Origin: Catajapyx aquilonaris | Lineage: Eukaryota | Reading direction: 5' to 3' | Assembly: GCA_000934665.2 (NCBI GenBank) | Contig: KZ538332.1 | Span: 1 to 64,000 of the forward strand | DNA: 64,000 nt | In this document: positions 60,619-64,000 of the stretch, piece by piece | Numbering within the stretch: position 1 is the first letter of the stretch | How the letters are laid out: every line of letters starts with the position of its first letter | The notes under the pieces: model-generated | Databases searched by the model: none | Seen by the model: the letters and a program-made list of their open reading frames with translations, nothing else | Told to the model about the DNA's origin: nothing | Position numbers and translations under genes: made by a program

Positions 60619-63212
60619 GTAAGAGCAATTGAAAGGTTGGAGGAAGGAGGGACATCCCCGAAAGAGTTCTTGAATGTATTATTAAGGACAGGCCCAGGTC
60701 ACTCATCTACCTTATACATTGCTCACACAACAAGGTGGGGAGTGGCCACCACCTGATTAAGGACTAGAAAGAGACCATCAACTAACCCTGTTACCTGTGG
60801 AAAGTACAGTACCATCCATACCAAGTTCAGTGGATTATCATGAATTTGAAAGCTCCTCAACACTAAAAACATTTGGTTCATTTCTCACATGAGCAATGTT
60901 CATGTGTTATGTGTAAAGGGGGGTATACAGGTAGTGAGTGACTCGACCGAGTTGAGGATTACGCTTGCGCAGTAGGCTACTCTCCTGCCTGCTCGGCCGA
61001 GTCACTCAATACGTGTATACCTTGCTTAATCACATAGCACCCCAGATGCCCTGTGTAATACTGAAGTAACCATTCTAACAAACTGCACGTCATGGTAAAA
61101 GGAAACTATGGCCCGTCATACTAATACGTTCACTCCACATTTTAGGCGCGGTAGCCCCTAAGGGGGTGTTTTTGGTCCCTCTCCAGGAAGATGGAGAGGA
61201 GAGGTGGAAGAGGGCGGGGCTTCCGGAATATCCCCCACATCCCCCCTCTCCACTATTAAACCCAAAAACGGGCGGAATGGTGTAGCTAGGGGAGAAAACA
61301 CTCAAAACAGTTGAGAATAGAGCGAGGCGAGGACCCTGGGCCCAAGGAGGTTTAATTCTGCAACCAATTCCTTGGTGAGGTTTAATTCTTAAACCTCCTT
61401 TCCTGAGCCTCCCGCTTCCCGCCCTCCCTCCGCTCCACCCCCCTCTCCAGAAAGTCTCTTCCACCTCCGAGGAGAGAAGACACTTTTTGGGAATTTGTGG
61501 AGAGCTCCGCCCATTTCACCCCCCTTTTCCCCCCTCTCCAACTTTCTGGAGAGGCACCAAAAACGCTCGGGTAGAGGCCATGCCCCCTCCCCAGCTTCCT
61601 GCAGAGGGACCAAAAACACCCCCATAATACCATAACTCTTTGGTTGACAATGTCCATAACAATACCTCGTAACGAGTCAAGATCTCAGTTTCCGAGGTGA
61701 TGGGGCACATGGAAAAGGATCGGCAGTATCCTTGCCAAACCCTGTGAACACTTCAGGTCTCTCCTAGAGGCTGTTGTGGCCACCAATGGTGGACACATTG
61801 AAAAATGTAACCTGTAGATGCAGTACTTATGTTTGACATAAATAATTTCATTGTCTATTCCTACTTTTAACGACTCTATCTATCTACTATTTCTATCTAC
61901 TTGTTTATTTGTCCTAATTTATCGGCTCCACCCTGTATATTAGTAAATGCAGTATATCTCGAGAACTGTCACTGACACCACAATTCTAAGTACAGATATG
62001 TGAGAGATGGAATCAGTGCAGGAAGTATTATAGGAAGTGCTATTCACATCTTCAGAAAGAACACATAAGTCTTTTGTAGAACAGTGAAATTAATGATATA
62101 TCTGCAAAACGTACATTTTATTTTTTGGGAGAACCATGTATGACCCAGGCCTCAAACTTAACATACTGAACCTTGTGTCGGTCACAACTAGTGTCACCAA
62201 ATATGACTTATGTACCGTAAATACATCACTAATTGTCGGGGTCCTAATTCTTGGGCATGTGTCTGAGCAAGTGACAAACGAAATGTAAAAATAAATTTTA
62301 GTTACATTTTAGAGAAAAGCTAATTCCATAGCTGCATTCTCCTGGTGTTTCTCTTTCTTTTGATATATATGTTCATTGGGTTTTGACCACTTCCACTAAT
62401 TGAAAAAAATTCGCCCAAAAAAGGCCAAATTTTCGGCCAATTTCAAAGTTTCTCGATTTTTTCCCTCCCAATAGTATTGCGCAATGAGGCTGAAACTTGA
62501 TATGCAGCATTATGGCATATGTCTGTACATCTGTGAATATTTTCACCAAGATCCAAGATGATGTAAACTCCTTTACTTGTCCCGTTTCTTCATCCTGCCA
62601 GTAGTTTTAAGAATGTGGGATAGTTTGAAATTTTGGAAGCAAAATTGAATGTAACAATGTCAATAACTGAACCTGCATCATCACCATTACAACATTTCCC
62701 TTTAGTGAAACCAGTCCCACCTCCTCATTGCTTCCATCTCTGCCTAAATATTCATTCTCCTCATAAATTTGAAATGCTTATTTGAAGTTTAAAAGTAAGT
62801 GATTAATAATTTTTCTTCAATACCCAGGCCAGATGGAGTCTTGTATGACAAAGAGGCAGTGCTTGAGTACATAATAGCAAAACGCGATGAATTTGCTCGT
62901 AAGAAGAAGGAGTATGAGCGCCAGAAGCGTCAAGCAGAGAAGGAAGAGGAAGAGGAGGCAGCCAACTCAAAGAGGGCCAAGTTGGATGCCTTCATACAAA
63001 AGGAGAAAGACATTGTCAATGGCAAGGAGCCACAGACTTCGTCCACCCCTTCTTCTGTAGGCTCAGTGACTCCAGCATCACGGGAGTCAGAGCCTGGTCC
63101 CAGCACTTCCAATACTGTGTCGAACATGACTGAGGGAAGGGAGAAAGAACTTCCTAGCTTTTGGATCCCTTCCAAGACACCACATGCCAAGAAGACAGTT
63201 CTTTCAAAACCG
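60443..63212 (+). CDS. NOSIP: Nitric oxide synthase-interacting protein, 5' part (exons 60443-60618, 62828-63212; continues beyond window)
   Basis: MTRHAKNCTAGAVYTYHEKQKDARASGYGSHSQRIGKDSVKDFDCCCLTLQPCRNPVIT/PDGVLYDKEAVLEYII...KELPSFWIPSKTP is the NOSIP N-terminal U-box-like region; AC/gtaaga, cccag/G, CCG/gtaaat. Confidence 0.95.
62828..63212 (+). CDS. NOSIP: NOSIP coding exon 2
   Basis: PDGVLYDKEAVLEYII...coiled coil...LPSFWIPS. Confidence 0.95.
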
Positions 63213-63396
63213 GTAAATTGAACTTGGTAAAGCTATTCCATCTCAGAGGGCACTTTCAGGTGACCAAATGCCTTTGGAAAACTAATAGCAGATGTTGCCA
63301 AATAAAGAAGTAGAGAACTGGAGGGTATGCATAACATACCTTATGCATTTGAATCTGCACAAGAGTGTACCATTAAAGTGTGAATGCAAAGATATA

Positions 63397-63991
63397 CAGA
63401 GTGGTCCAAGCATGCAAGTTGCTTTAGTTTCTTTGTAGCTGCTTGTGCCCCCCCCCCCGCCCCCCACCCCCNACAAACACCATGGGGTGATAGAGGGTAC
63501 CCGGCGTGACAATTTTCAACAATGAACCCATGCCATGGTTGGAAACTCCTTCTGCCGACATTATGGAGTGGTGAAGGTGTCAAATTAGCGCCTGCTGGTA
63601 GGCAACCAATGGCATGCGTGCAAGCATAGGGTAGGTAGCTCTACAGGTGCTTGTGAATGCTCATACCCATTTGATGTGCCTGTGTTGAGTTCCATGAAAA
63701 TTTTGAAGTCGCAGAAAAGCTACTGACCCCTACCACTTACCTGTCACCTTCACACTTTAATGTAGGCAAAATAAATGGGTAAGCGTTTGCAGCATGCATT
63801 TGCTAACGCCTGTATAACCCTATGCTGCCGTGCATGCCATAGGTTGCCTACCAGCCTGTGCTAATTTGACGCCTTTGCCACTCCATAGTGTCGACAGGAA
63901 GAGTTTCCAACCTTGGGTTCACTGTCAAAAATTGCCAGGCCAGGTTTCCTCTATCATGCCATGAAGCTTGTAGTTGTTCCCAGTCACCCTG
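63397..63991. mobile_element. Palindromic mariner-like MITE in NOSIP intron
   Basis: Long inverted arms ~63480-63620 vs ~63830-63963; ends CACCCTG-TA. Confidence 0.65.
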
Positions 63992-64000
63992 TATAGCAAA

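Overview
Eukaryotic genomic DNA, most likely an insect, rich in introns and MITEs. Three protein-coding genes were reconstructed by hand from GT-AG splice sites. (1) A minus-strand 4-coding-exon gene (4950->1001, ~771 aa) for a secreted Gly/Pro-rich protein that ends in a scarface/PPAF-II-type clip domain with no protease domain. (2) A complete plus-strand carnitine O-palmitoyltransferase 1 gene (30915-49464, 777 aa); its catalytic His lies in a 26-nt microexon followed by two 63-nt mutually exclusive exons. (3) The first two coding exons of NOSIP (60443 onward, running off the window). The most novel-looking element is a candidate spliced, polyadenylated minus-strand transcript divergent from NOSIP (~57797->56530), whose second exon folds into a ~355-nt imperfect hairpin resembling an endo-siRNA hpRNA precursor. 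Also present: candidate competing RNA pairings around the CPT1 alternative exons, a 1.5-kb nested palindrome, many MITEs (Kolobok-, piggyBac-, Tc1/mariner-, hAT- and Harbinger-like), tRNA-derived SINEs and LINE fragments. All alignments were done by eye; no database search was run.
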